Below are positions 1 to 8,377 of a stretch of DNA of 64,000 bases, piece after piece. Where the stretch lies: sequence record MN871446.1, one strand, 5' to 3'. The first letter of the stretch is position 1; each line of letters opens with the position of its first letter. The notes beneath the pieces are model-generated. The model did no database searches and was not told the origin of the DNA. It was given only the letters and a program-made list of their open reading frames with translations. The position numbers were made by a program, and so were the translations under genes. Origin of the DNA: Klebsiella phage KpLz-2_45.

Positions 1-283
1 TCTCAGCGAGCGCTTTGTCAACCGACGCTAATTCCTTCACAAGCGTTTTATCCGACCCTGCACTCACTGCGGCAGTGTGGCGGTCAAATTCGATCACTTT
101 CTCAACGTCCCCTACGGGACATTCTAAAACATGGGCTATTTCTTCATCAGAAAGCCCACGTGCCCTTAAGACTGTAGGAGAGAGCTCTGCACTGAATTCA
201 GGAAATAACCGCTCACGTTCGATCTGGCGACCTAAACGATACGTTTGGCGATCGAGGCTATTAAACTTCGTTTTGCGTGCCAT
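1..283 (-). CDS. Partial small HTH protein with a sigma-70 region-4-like helix-turn-helix. The N-terminus is at position 283 and the gene runs off the window start. It is a paralog of the 15425..15655 product.
   Basis: Hand translation of the minus strand from the ATG at 281-283 gives MARKTKFNSLDRQTYRLGRQIERERLFPEFSAELSPTVLRARGLSDEEIAHVLECPVGDVEKVIEFDR... The segment LSDEEIAHVLECPVGDVEKVI aligns with LNEEIAAFLEIPVGAVDNFL of the 15425..15655 ORF. The +strand ORF 15..314 is antisense to this gene. Confidence 0.45.
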   Translation of the reverse strand, partial: MARKTKFNSLDRQTYRLGRQIERERLFPEFSAELSPTVLRARGLSDEEIAHVLECPVGDVEKVIEFDRHTAAVSAGSDKTLVKELASVDKALAE

Positions 284-362
284 GTCATTTGGACTCCTTA
301 GGGTATCTACGTAAGTGATATATACGTAAATAGACATGGGGCGGGAATTACCGCCCATACGG

Positions 363-1631
363 TTAACGACCGATAAAGCCGCCTTGTTTGATCTCGCTTT
401 GCAGCGCCTGATACGCTTCCCAGTTTAATGCTTCCGCTAAGCTGAGTTTGGACACGTTACCGAAATCAATTGGAGGATGCCCTATCGCAGCGCGGGCGGC
501 ATTAGCTTGATCAGCTGTTAACGCTTTGAACGGGATGACGCGTAAAGTACGACCTGGACGATACAGGGCATGATCAACGTCTTTTAACGACGTGATGTTA
601 GTTGAGATAATGAATTTGACATTACCAGAGGTGATCCCTTCGGCAGCATTCAGTATCCCAGCCATCAGACTGTTACCCATATCACGTGCTTCGATCATTT
701 CATGGGCGTCTTCAGTCACCAACCAGCTGTTACTTGGCATGTCGTGAACGTAAGGTGTAAACCGCGGGGATTTAAATACCGGGTTATCGTCGCAAACAAA
801 TACGGTACCGTAAGAGTTCTCATCTTTCCACTTGATCATCTCGGCGATATATTGGCTCTTACCTAACCCTGGCTCGCCGTACAAAATCAGTACGTTCGAG
901 TCACTGGCTTCAAACTCGGCTGCCATCTCACGAGGTGACTTGGGTGCGAATGGCCAAAAGGCTTTTGGATCGGTAACTGTGCGCCGTTGTTTCAGTGTTT
1001 TATATTGACTTTGAACATCATTGTTACCTGTTAAACAGAGCCGACGAATGGTAATATTCTTCTCTTTATTCTGGAAGCTGTTGAAAATATCTTTGAGGAT
1101 TTTCCCGATCGAAAAGTCACCAACGTAAAAAAATCTTTGTTGGCTACCATTATCTTCTATTTGGCATGTCCCTACAATTTTATCATCACGAAAGATAAAG
1201 AAGCTCCTGTGGCTAAATGGTTCAGTATAGATTCCGTACTGATTCATTTTGTCCAAGAAAAGTTTCAGTACTTCCATTTCAAATTGAAAGGCCGTATCAC
1301 CAAAAGGACGTTCGTAGTTAATGAACGTTTGAATACTCACTGCTTCCCTTTCAAGCAGTTGAAAGAAACGCATTAGCAATACCTGACTATTTAAGTTTTC
1401 GCTAACTCGTTCTACCGTGGGGTAAAGTCCTTTAAAAATCAGACGGTGGAATTCTTTAATTTCTTCGTACTTTTTAGCGCGAGATGCTTCATTAAGCGGT
1501 GGGTAATTCAATAATATCTCATGGAAAATCGCAGTACGAGAAGATAATAGAGTATTAGTTTCTTCTTCAACTGCTTCTTCCCAAGGTGCTAGAAGTTCTA
1601 CTGATTCTTCGCGGAAAGCATGTAAGGACAT
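363..1631 (-). CDS. AAA+ ATPase with an unknown N-terminal domain
   Basis: Walker A is GEPGLGKS, Walker B is VFVCDDNP, sensor-1 is IISTN, and LYRPGR matches the sensor-2 / Arg-finger signature of AAA proteins. Confidence 0.7.
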   Translation of the reverse strand: MSLHAFREESVELLAPWEEAVEEETNTLLSSRTAIFHEILLNYPPLNEASRAKKYEEIKEFHRLIFKGLYPTVERVSENLNSQVLLMRFFQLLEREAVSIQTFINYERPFGDTAFQFEMEVLKLFLDKMNQYGIYTEPFSHRSFFIFRDDKIVGTCQIEDNGSQQRFFYVGDFSIGKILKDIFNSFQNKEKNITIRRLCLTGNNDVQSQYKTLKQRRTVTDPKAFWPFAPKSPREMAAEFEASDSNVLILYGEPGLGKSQYIAEMIKWKDENSYGTVFVCDDNPVFKSPRFTPYVHDMPSNSWLVTEDAHEMIEARDMGNSLMAGILNAAEGITSGNVKFIISTNITSLKDVDHALYRPGRTLRVIPFKALTADQANAARAAIGHPPIDFGNVSKLSLAEALNWEAYQALQSEIKQGGFIGR

Positions 1632-1657
1632 TGACTGTCTCCTTGAACAAAATGGAT

Positions 1658-2296
1658 TTAATTAATGGGAACTAAAACAGGATGATTCTCTGCTTTACTG
1701 ACTAATTGCGCCTTTGTCTTCTTGTCACCAATCATGGCGTTTCCTTTCCCTGAAACAAACTTCACAAAACCCTCGCCTTTACCCAATTGGTTGGCTATTA
1801 CCCTACCTTGTTTTTCAATAAAACGCCGATCTGTCCCTAAGGCTTTATTCGCCAATTCCCCGTCAACAAAAGCACTTCCGAAATAATTAACGCGAAACAC
1901 CTTTGTCTTGCCGCCCAACAAGTAAGGAACTTCTATTCCTTTTTCGGGTAACGCGTCAACGTACTTTAACGAAGAGAAAATAACGCGCGCACTTCTCCCT
2001 TTCTCAACCCCTTTGTGAATCAACATGACGATATCGTCCGCTAAGGTCTTCCAGCTATAGGGGTATAAGTTCCCGTGGAAATAAATCCCGATCAGTTGCG
2101 ACAATTCCCCTTGGGTATTTATTGCCATTAACCCGTCGAAGTCACGCACTTTGTGCATATCGCAGGTTAAGCTCACAATTGCGCGCTCACCAAAGAAGAT
2201 ACTGGCTTTTACCAACTCCCCGTGTTTACCTACTTCACCGATAATCGATTGTTTTTTATCCGTGTACCGAAAAGTTGTATTCAACACTCGACTCAT
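1658..2296 (-). CDS. Hypothetical protein
   Basis: Long ORF packed tightly in the minus-strand operon; no motif I can name. Confidence 0.45.
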   Translation of the reverse strand: MSRVLNTTFRYTDKKQSIIGEVGKHGELVKASIFFGERAIVSLTCDMHKVRDFDGLMAINTQGELSQLIGIYFHGNLYPYSWKTLADDIVMLIHKGVEKGRSARVIFSSLKYVDALPEKGIEVPYLLGGKTKVFRVNYFGSAFVDGELANKALGTDRRFIEKQGRVIANQLGKGEGFVKFVSGKGNAMIGDKKTKAQLVSKAENHPVLVPIN

Positions 2297-2308
2297 GTCG
2301 TCCCCTCT

Positions 2309-2656
2309 TTAAACCAATAACCCTAAAGCAATACCAAAAAGCGTACCGATGAAAATCCCTAAGACAACGGGTTTAAATGCACTACTCAGCGATCCATTAC
2401 GCTCTAAGAGACGTTCCCTTTCTTTGGCCAGTAATTCCTGTTCTTTCTCGTTTAACGCGTCAGCGTGGCGCTGAGCGTCTTCTGCGGTCTCATACACCGA
2501 GAAAGTCCGACAACCAAATTGATCAGTTTCATGCGTATAACGGTATTCGTCGTCGTAGCTCGTGACCTTTCTGTCCATGGGTAAGTCGTTAATCGACAAC
2601 TGATATTTATTGTACATCACGACGTAACCCTTTTTGTATCGATTGATTCCGTACAT
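2309..2656 (-). CDS. Small tail-anchored membrane protein
   Basis: C-terminal hydrophobic segment VVLGIFIGTLFGIALGLLV after a charged coiled region. Confidence 0.4.
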   Translation of the reverse strand: MYGINRYKKGYVVMYNKYQLSINDLPMDRKVTSYDDEYRYTHETDQFGCRTFSVYETAEDAQRHADALNEKEQELLAKERERLLERNGSLSSAFKPVVLGIFIGTLFGIALGLLV

Positions 2657-2700
2657 TTCATTTCCTCCGTTAAGTAATGAATTTTATCGAGGGGTATTTT

Positions 2701-3042
2701 TTATTTTTCCTGTATATCAAATTCCCGGTAGCGTCTAATAAATTCTAACACTCCTTTTGCCCACCGGGCGTTAAAAGTGGCTCTGTCCAGCGAATGGTAC
2801 AGGATGACAGTATCATCCTGCCAACCCTCTTTACTTTTCCGTAGCCAATCGATAAAGAGACGTAACCCTTCGGCTTTTTCAGATTCTTGAATAAAGCGTG
2901 TATACTGGTCGACGTCCTGAGGATCTTCTTTCTTTAAACGTAAGAGATCCTTTTGAAGCTGATTCACGATTAACTCAAAACGAGCAGTGTAACGATCCTC
3001 CTGAGTTAATCGGTTAAAATCCAAATAGGGTTCTTTGGTCAT
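2701..3042 (-). CDS. Hypothetical protein
   Basis: ORF within the operon spacing. Confidence 0.4.
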   Translation of the reverse strand: MTKEPYLDFNRLTQEDRYTARFELIVNQLQKDLLRLKKEDPQDVDQYTRFIQESEKAEGLRLFIDWLRKSKEGWQDDTVILYHSLDRATFNARWAKGVLEFIRRYREFDIQEK

Positions 3043-3066
3043 TTCTTTTCCCTTTCCCTTTAAAAC

Positions 3067-3465
3067 TCAATTGATTGCCGTAGACTTCTCTACACTGCCG
3101 TAACGGTTAATAACTAATTCAGTACCGTCTCGTTCAAAGTACGGCTGAAGAACCATTACCCCATTACTGTTATCAATGACCTTGTAAAAGACGGCTGAAA
3201 CACCGTACTCGTTGTAAACGACGGCTTTAATGCAATGTTCAAAGGTCTCCTCGTTTAACGTTTGGAAGGGGATCATCATGAAACCGTCGCCTTCTTTTTT
3301 GTTGATGTAAATAACATTGTCCCCTGGAACGAGTTCTTCTAACGTACTCGGGTTGTAGAAGTCAAAGTTACCTGCGGGGGTTCCCAGGGTGATATCTTTC
3401 GTTCTTACTTTGGTCATCTGTGGGGTATTCATTTTTCTTCCTTCAATGAAACATAAAACATCCAT
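3067..3465 (-). CDS. Hypothetical protein; the start may be the internal Met (MNTPQM)
   Basis: ORF; the 5' end overlaps the upstream gene, so the true start is probably internal. Confidence 0.4.
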   Translation of the reverse strand: MDVLCFIEGRKMNTPQMTKVRTKDITLGTPAGNFDFYNPSTLEELVPGDNVIYINKKEGDGFMMIPFQTLNEETFEHCIKAVVYNEYGVSAVFYKVIDNSNGVMVLQPYFERDGTELVINRYGSVEKSTAIN

Positions 3466-4163
3466 CTTTGAGTGTTGTGAGCAAAATCACCTTTAATCAC
3501 GACGCTCTCTGTAGGGTTGTTCTCGGACGAGAACAACCTTTCTGCTGCATCCCTGATAATCTGGATGTTATCACGGAAAAGGTCGCTCTGTTGTAGACGG
3601 TGAGTTTCCCTGAAACCAAATGCCTCAAACGGAATATTTTGGAACTCCTTTAAACCCCTTTCGACTAAGAAGTCTTGATCATCCGTATGAAAACCTCCCA
3701 GAGCCTTATAATTTTCTGGGGGAACTATGGCTATCTGCCAATTTCCGGCTGAATAACAAGGGAGTTCAGTCAGAATGAATTCTATCTCTTTGTGCTCAGA
3801 ATCGATAATGTTAGGGCCTTTTAACTCTTTAATAATCTGAGAAATCCTGGCCGAAGAGAGTTCGTACATCTCCGCTAATTTCCTTTGTGGGATACCGGAT
3901 AAAAACCCCACGCCAATATTCAGCTTTTTGATCTCTGCTAAGATCGCTTTTGTTTCCGCAAGCATCTTATCAATCTCAGGGTTAGCTTGACCCAGCTTAT
4001 GCTGATACTCTAACCTTTCAACAATAGTCTTTGTTAAAGTTAATAAGTCAGTCTGTGTATTTGTCCATTTCACTAACTCCTCAATACTCAACGATTTCTT
4101 CATCTTTTCCTCCTCAAGAGACATAATCCCAGAGGAGAGTTTTATACTCTCTCTCCAGGTCAA
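3429..4163 (-). CDS. Protein with a sigma-70 region-4.2-like HTH; putative transcription factor or sigma-like protein
   Basis: GIPQRKLAEMYELSSARISQIIKEL resembles the sigma region 4.2 recognition helix (S-x-R-I-x-Q-I). Confidence 0.45.
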   Translation of the reverse strand: MTWRESIKLSSGIMSLEEEKMKKSLSIEELVKWTNTQTDLLTLTKTIVERLEYQHKLGQANPEIDKMLAETKAILAEIKKLNIGVGFLSGIPQRKLAEMYELSSARISQIIKELKGPNIIDSEHKEIEFILTELPCYSAGNWQIAIVPPENYKALGGFHTDDQDFLVERGLKEFQNIPFEAFGFRETHRLQQSDLFRDNIQIIRDAAERLFSSENNPTESVVIKGDFAHNTQRWMFYVSLKEEK

Positions 4164-4439
4164 TTATTCGTATTGTTAACTACCAGCGTAATCTTCATTT
4201 CAATCAGATTACTTGAAGGAGTATTACTCCCTTCCGGTACCTCTTTACCTTAACCGAGAGTTCACTGTGTTCACTCTCTCTAAGGAAGGTACCTGCAGTA
4301 CGTAATAGCTAACTGTTTCGGATTGGTGCATTATTTAAAACCACCCCCTTTCCCCCAAAACTTTATTTTTACCATTACCCTCAAAGTGACCAGTAAAACG
4401 ACCTTTGATTCACATATAAAGAAAAAGCGTTAAAAAATA

Positions 4440-5411
4440 TTAATTACTTTTCTCAATAAACCGATAACGAAATAATTCAGTTTCAATAATCGGGAAATAG
4501 GATCTGTCACGGTATTCGTTTAAGATCAAATTGTGGTAAAAAATCGCCTTCTTAAACTCGCTATCTGATTTATGAACATCCCTATAACGATTGATAGAGG
4601 GTCTTTCATAATACGCGTAACCAAGAGAAACGATCAGGTTGATGAGTTTACTTTGAGTATCGATCCCATCTAAGGATTCGTAGTGATCGAAATAATCTTT
4701 GTAAACATTATCGGATGGATCTAAAACGAAACGATCAAAATTCCAGCCAGAGTGCCTGATGACCAACTGGTATTTTTCTGGATTGCGTAGAATAAGATCC
4801 AGTGGAACACCCAGTCCAAACTCATCTTCGTTATCGCCATGATAAAGAGAATTAACCTCTCGATCAATGAGTTCAATAACACGTTCCTCTGGTAAATTAA
4901 CCGAAAATTGAAGCTCCTTCATTCTGCGAATATTGGCAATGACCCCAGCTAACTCCGGATCTTTAGGTTTCCTTAATAACCCTACCCCAAAGTCGGTGTC
5001 AATTTGAAAGGTACATTTATCGGAAGTTAAATTTTCGATATACCGCCGGGCAGCCTCTTGAAAATATTCAGTTATTTGACTATCGTCAAGGGCTAAATCG
5101 GTAAAGCAATATTCGGCCTCAGCAAAACGCCGAAATAAATCAACCACGGTTTCTTTCCGTTTCTTCTTATCCCATGAAGGATTAAAATGAGTACTGGTAG
5201 CAACGTTGGATCGGAATAAAGAATCACCCGGTAGCCGTACCATAACCCCATTTCGCTGACTGAAAAATTGTACAGCAATGAGATCTTGTTGATCTATTCC
5301 AAAAAGATGATTGAACCGTTCAATTGAGTTCTCTAAATCTTTACCATCGAAATAAATGTCGAGATCATTATTTTCTTCTACTTGCTCCGTGCGATACAGT
5401 GTCTTTTTCAT
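4440..5411 (-). CDS. Hypothetical protein
   Basis: 323-aa ORF whose start overlaps the stop of the next gene (ATGA). Confidence 0.5.
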   Translation of the reverse strand: MKKTLYRTEQVEENNDLDIYFDGKDLENSIERFNHLFGIDQQDLIAVQFFSQRNGVMVRLPGDSLFRSNVATSTHFNPSWDKKKRKETVVDLFRRFAEAEYCFTDLALDDSQITEYFQEAARRYIENLTSDKCTFQIDTDFGVGLLRKPKDPELAGVIANIRRMKELQFSVNLPEERVIELIDREVNSLYHGDNEDEFGLGVPLDLILRNPEKYQLVIRHSGWNFDRFVLDPSDNVYKDYFDHYESLDGIDTQSKLINLIVSLGYAYYERPSINRYRDVHKSDSEFKKAIFYHNLILNEYRDRSYFPIIETELFRYRFIEKSN

Positions 5412-5650
5412 GCGACCTTCTCCCCGTACTTCAAATTGACGACAAACCCAACTTTCTCTAACCCGGAAAGATCTCTCTGACCTAACATGCGAAGGAAAGT
5501 TTGATTAATGACAATCTGGCTACGGATCCCGACAGGCAGTCGTTTTCTTTCACGTAACGCTTCACGAATACGTTTACGAAAATTCTTACAAGTTTCTTCA
5601 TCCAGCGTCGCCAGCTTTTTCAGATCGTGTTCAATCAGTGCTAAAGTCAT
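5408..5650 (-). CDS. Small hypothetical protein
   Basis: ORF with a 4-nt overlap to the downstream gene. Confidence 0.4.
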   Translation of the reverse strand: MTLALIEHDLKKLATLDEETCKNFRKRIREALRERKRLPVGIRSQIVINQTFLRMLGQRDLSGLEKVGFVVNLKYGEKVA

Positions 5651-5663
5651 GTTATTTTCCTTT

Positions 5664-6029
5664 TTAGTGTTTAATGAGTCTGTTGAAGTATTCGTCAGGG
5701 ATAGTAACTAAGGGTTGAGATTTCCCTTCGCTGATTAATCCGATCGGAAAACCCTGATCACTGTACCCGATGATTTTCACTAATCGGATATGTTTAAGGT
5801 GTCCCGATTGATAAACAACATTATTCCGTCGTTTCCATTCTTCGATCAACCGCTGTTCTTCGAAGAAGTCATTGGCGGTCGTTAAATAACCCTCAGGAAT
5901 CTCTGAGGGCGTTTTCACTGCAATAAGGTAGTACTTATCCAAAACTAACTGATCGATGCTCAGAGGCGCATTCAGGAACCCTGACATCGGTCGAGTTTGG
6001 TTAGCGGTAATATCGATCGTGACTTTCAT
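5664..6029 (-). CDS. Hypothetical protein
   Basis: ORF. Confidence 0.45.
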   Translation of the reverse strand: MKVTIDITANQTRPMSGFLNAPLSIDQLVLDKYYLIAVKTPSEIPEGYLTTANDFFEEQRLIEEWKRRNNVVYQSGHLKHIRLVKIIGYSDQGFPIGLISEGKSQPLVTIPDEYFNRLIKH

Positions 6030-6038
6030 CCTTCGTCC

Positions 6039-6482
6039 TTAAAAATACAAATGAACATCAACTAAGGCTGCACCCAATTCATCGTCTGTCATCCTCCTCA
6101 CGATGACCGGGTCTAACTTACCGTTACCACAGCCCAAATGCGTTAATGCAAGCGTGTTGACCTGTTCCCGTTCTACAAAGACTGCGATCCGTTTTAAACA
6201 GGCTTCTACCCACGGGTACCGAGAAGGGTAACGCCAATGGTCTTTAGTCGCCGCCAGTAACAGTCGCGTCCCGTCGTTCGCTTCCGTATACCAGACGTTC
6301 CCTGGTTTCCATTGGGCTTTATCGCACTGCGCTCTATACCGCGCGTAGACCTCAGGGTAGCGTTGCTTGCATGTCAAGGCGACTCCAGCACCCATTGCCC
6401 CTACGCAATTTACGGTTACGACCTTTACGACCTCAGCCTCTTCCTCAAACAAATCCCCTTTCCGCAAATATAAAATACCCAC
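6039..6482 (-). CDS. Macro-domain protein (ADP-ribose binding / ADP-ribosyl hydrolase fold)
   Basis: VVTVNCVGAMGAGVALTCKQ matches the macro-domain phosphate-binding signature (VNAAN...GGGV.GAI). The distal LALTHLGCGNGKLDP matches the second glycine-rich macro loop. At 147 aa it is a stand-alone macro domain. Confidence 0.6.
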   Translation of the reverse strand: MGILYLRKGDLFEEEAEVVKVVTVNCVGAMGAGVALTCKQRYPEVYARYRAQCDKAQWKPGNVWYTEANDGTRLLLAATKDHWRYPSRYPWVEACLKRIAVFVEREQVNTLALTHLGCGNGKLDPVIVRRMTDDELGAALVDVHLYF

Positions 6483-6584
6483 TTTCTTCTCCTGTTCTCA
6501 TTATCGTTAAATGCTTCACAGAATCCATCCTCAGCGGTTTTCTCTTCAAACCCGACCAAAGATATCTCTAAACAAAGAAAATGG

Positions 6585-7265
6585 TTAACGTTGCCAAATA
6601 GGGAGATTTCTTTTCTTCAGGTCTTTTACCCGTGACATCCAAAACCGATGACTCAGTCGATACGGATACGGTAACAATACCCGACCATTATCCACAGGTT
6701 CAATCGAGTCAGTAAAGTACGCGTTCGGACTGGAGATCGGATAGGTCGTCACGACGACATCGGTACCTGCCTTCTGTCTCTTTTCTAAACGCCTTTGAAA
6801 CCGCCGGAGCTTGTAACGGTTTGCTTTTCGTCTTTGAGGTTCTACCGCCAACCCGTAGTACTGCACAAACGCTTTGAGCGCTACAGTTAAACGAGCGTAG
6901 GGAGAGAGTGCCACTTTATCCCAATCCACTACGTGCCCTGAACCATCGTGTTCCACATCCATATTCGGGAACATCTCACCGACCAACCAATACTCGCTGA
7001 CACTGGTACTATAGCCCAGGGGTTGGAGCGAATCGAAGGCTTTCCCATCGACCTCAATCCACGCGTGCCAGCCGTGGTCATTCCAGACGGCGCTATAGCC
7101 TTTCTTCAGGAGCGCGACACTCAGCGCTTGTCGAACTTGATAACAGCACCCGTTACTGAGAATGAATCGACTCTCGTCGACTGTTTCGTATTTCGGTCCT
7201 GTCAGATGAAATAATGTAATCAACGTTTTTAAGCAATCTTGTACGTACAACTGAGCTTCGGTCAT
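6585..7265 (-). CDS. Transglutaminase-like cysteine protease-fold protein
   Basis: Cys-His-Asp arrangement: SNGCCYQVRQALSVALL, then HAWIEVDGKAFDS, which resembles the TGase-core G.C...A / HAW.E / D motifs. Confidence 0.45.
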   Translation of the reverse strand: MTEAQLYVQDCLKTLITLFHLTGPKYETVDESRFILSNGCCYQVRQALSVALLKKGYSAVWNDHGWHAWIEVDGKAFDSLQPLGYSTSVSEYWLVGEMFPNMDVEHDGSGHVVDWDKVALSPYARLTVALKAFVQYYGLAVEPQRRKANRYKLRRFQRRLEKRQKAGTDVVVTTYPISSPNAYFTDSIEPVDNGRVLLPYPYRLSHRFWMSRVKDLKKRNLPIWQR

Positions 7266-7717
7266 TTCTCCTCCGTTTGGTATTTTAAGAGCATAAAACG
7301 AAGTCCCTCACGGACTCCGATAAATAGTTAATCAAATAGTATTTAAAAAATGATTACCCTAAAAGAATAGGTCAACCCCAGTAACCGGCAAGGATGTCGT
7401 TCAGTCTACTCGATCTCGCTCCGTTCCGTATCCTCCCCCTCTACGAGTGTGAGTCTACTACACTACTCTCGCTCTCGTTCCCTTCACTCCTCTCTTCTTG
7501 CCGGTTTCAATTTTGTTCATAATAATAAAAGTAGTAAAATTTTAATTTCCTCTATTCGAACGTTAGAGAGAATAGATTAGGAATATTTATTTCTTAGTTT
7601 ATTTAATCCTTGAATTAACGATACTAAAGAATCTTTCGATAGAAAGAAATAAAACTCTCCCTCCTTCCGTCAGGAGAGAGATTGCCGTTCGGTATAAGTG
7701 AATAGGCGGCGGGGCGA
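7266..7717. other. 452-nt non-coding region holding a 10-bp inverted repeat that flanks a ~104-nt pyrimidine-rich tract, then an AT-rich segment
   Basis: No credible ORF. aaccggcaag (7383-7392) pairs with cttgccggtt (7497-7506). The tract between them is C/T-rich on the plus strand. A weak hairpin plus T-run near 7655-7680 would terminate the GNAT gene. Confidence 0.5.
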
Positions 7718-8200
7718 TCAGCAGCGGCGAACCAGGTTGGCGGCTTTGAACATGGCCCGCGCCTTGTCGTCGAAGTGCGTCTCGTTTAAAATTCCTTCTC
7801 GTTTTAATTTCGTAAAGAAGCCGCAGCTTTGCAAGTCCCATGGATGCCAATAGACTTCTTTATCCTCTGCCTCTGGCATAATCGCTTTTACCAATTCTAC
7901 TGCTAAGCCGGTTCCCCGATAACTAGACCTCACGTAAAGCATTCCTTCCCAGACTCGTTTGTTCCCGCGTTCCCCTGGTATTAATACCACAACAGCGTCT
8001 TCCCGGTAGAAAATCGCTCGGCATGGAATCTCTCCTTGCCGTTGGTCGTAGAGCGCCTCTAACATTTTCCCTTTGTACAAATAGAGTTCGTGTTCCAGAC
8101 ACAAACGATAAATCTCGCTGCTGTCGTTAATCTGTACGAAAGTCTCTTTAAAACGTTCCGTGATAGTCTCTACGCTTTTTATTAGTTTTGGACGAGTCAT
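7718..8200 (-). CDS. GNAT family N-acetyltransferase
   Basis: Motif A RGTGLAVELVKAI (R/Q-x-x-G-x-G/A); size is typical at 160 aa. Confidence 0.55.
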   Translation of the reverse strand: MTRPKLIKSVETITERFKETFVQINDSSEIYRLCLEHELYLYKGKMLEALYDQRQGEIPCRAIFYREDAVVVLIPGERGNKRVWEGMLYVRSSYRGTGLAVELVKAIMPEAEDKEVYWHPWDLQSCGFFTKLKREGILNETHFDDKARAMFKAANLVRRC

Positions 8201-8246
8201 TTTATTCCCCTGAAAATGAAATCGCTTACAGAGCTTCCTGTTAGCT

Positions 8247-8264
8247 CTATTAAGGTAATATATG
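8247..8264 (-). promoter_or_regulatory. Conserved intergenic motif copy (putative early promoter); reads ATATATTACC..TAATAG in the gene direction
   Basis: ctattaaggtaatatatg, ~50 nt upstream of the GNAT gene start. Confidence 0.45.
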
Positions 8265-8377
8265 TTTTAAACCAACTTCACTGGTTAATTAACTTCTTAC
8301 TATTTTAACGATAACAAAATAATTACACAGGCGCACGACTGAGAGAGGCAAAACCTCTCTCAGTCGATGTGTTTTAC

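Noticed and set aside
15-314. Plus-strand ORF of 99 aa at the window start
   Set aside because: It is antisense to a better-supported minus-strand gene (HTH paralog, ATG at 283 running leftward out of the window), and it has no RBS or recognisable motif.
1658-2296. Possible ADP-ribosyltransferase (R-S-E) in the 212-aa protein near the macro domain gene
   Set aside because: I could not align a credible R/H...S-T-S...E-x-E triad, so the call stays hypothetical.
7599-7850. 83-aa minus-strand ORF inside the large non-coding region, overlapping the GNAT gene's 3' end
   Set aside because: Low-complexity translation that spans a terminator and overlaps a real gene. It is most likely spurious.
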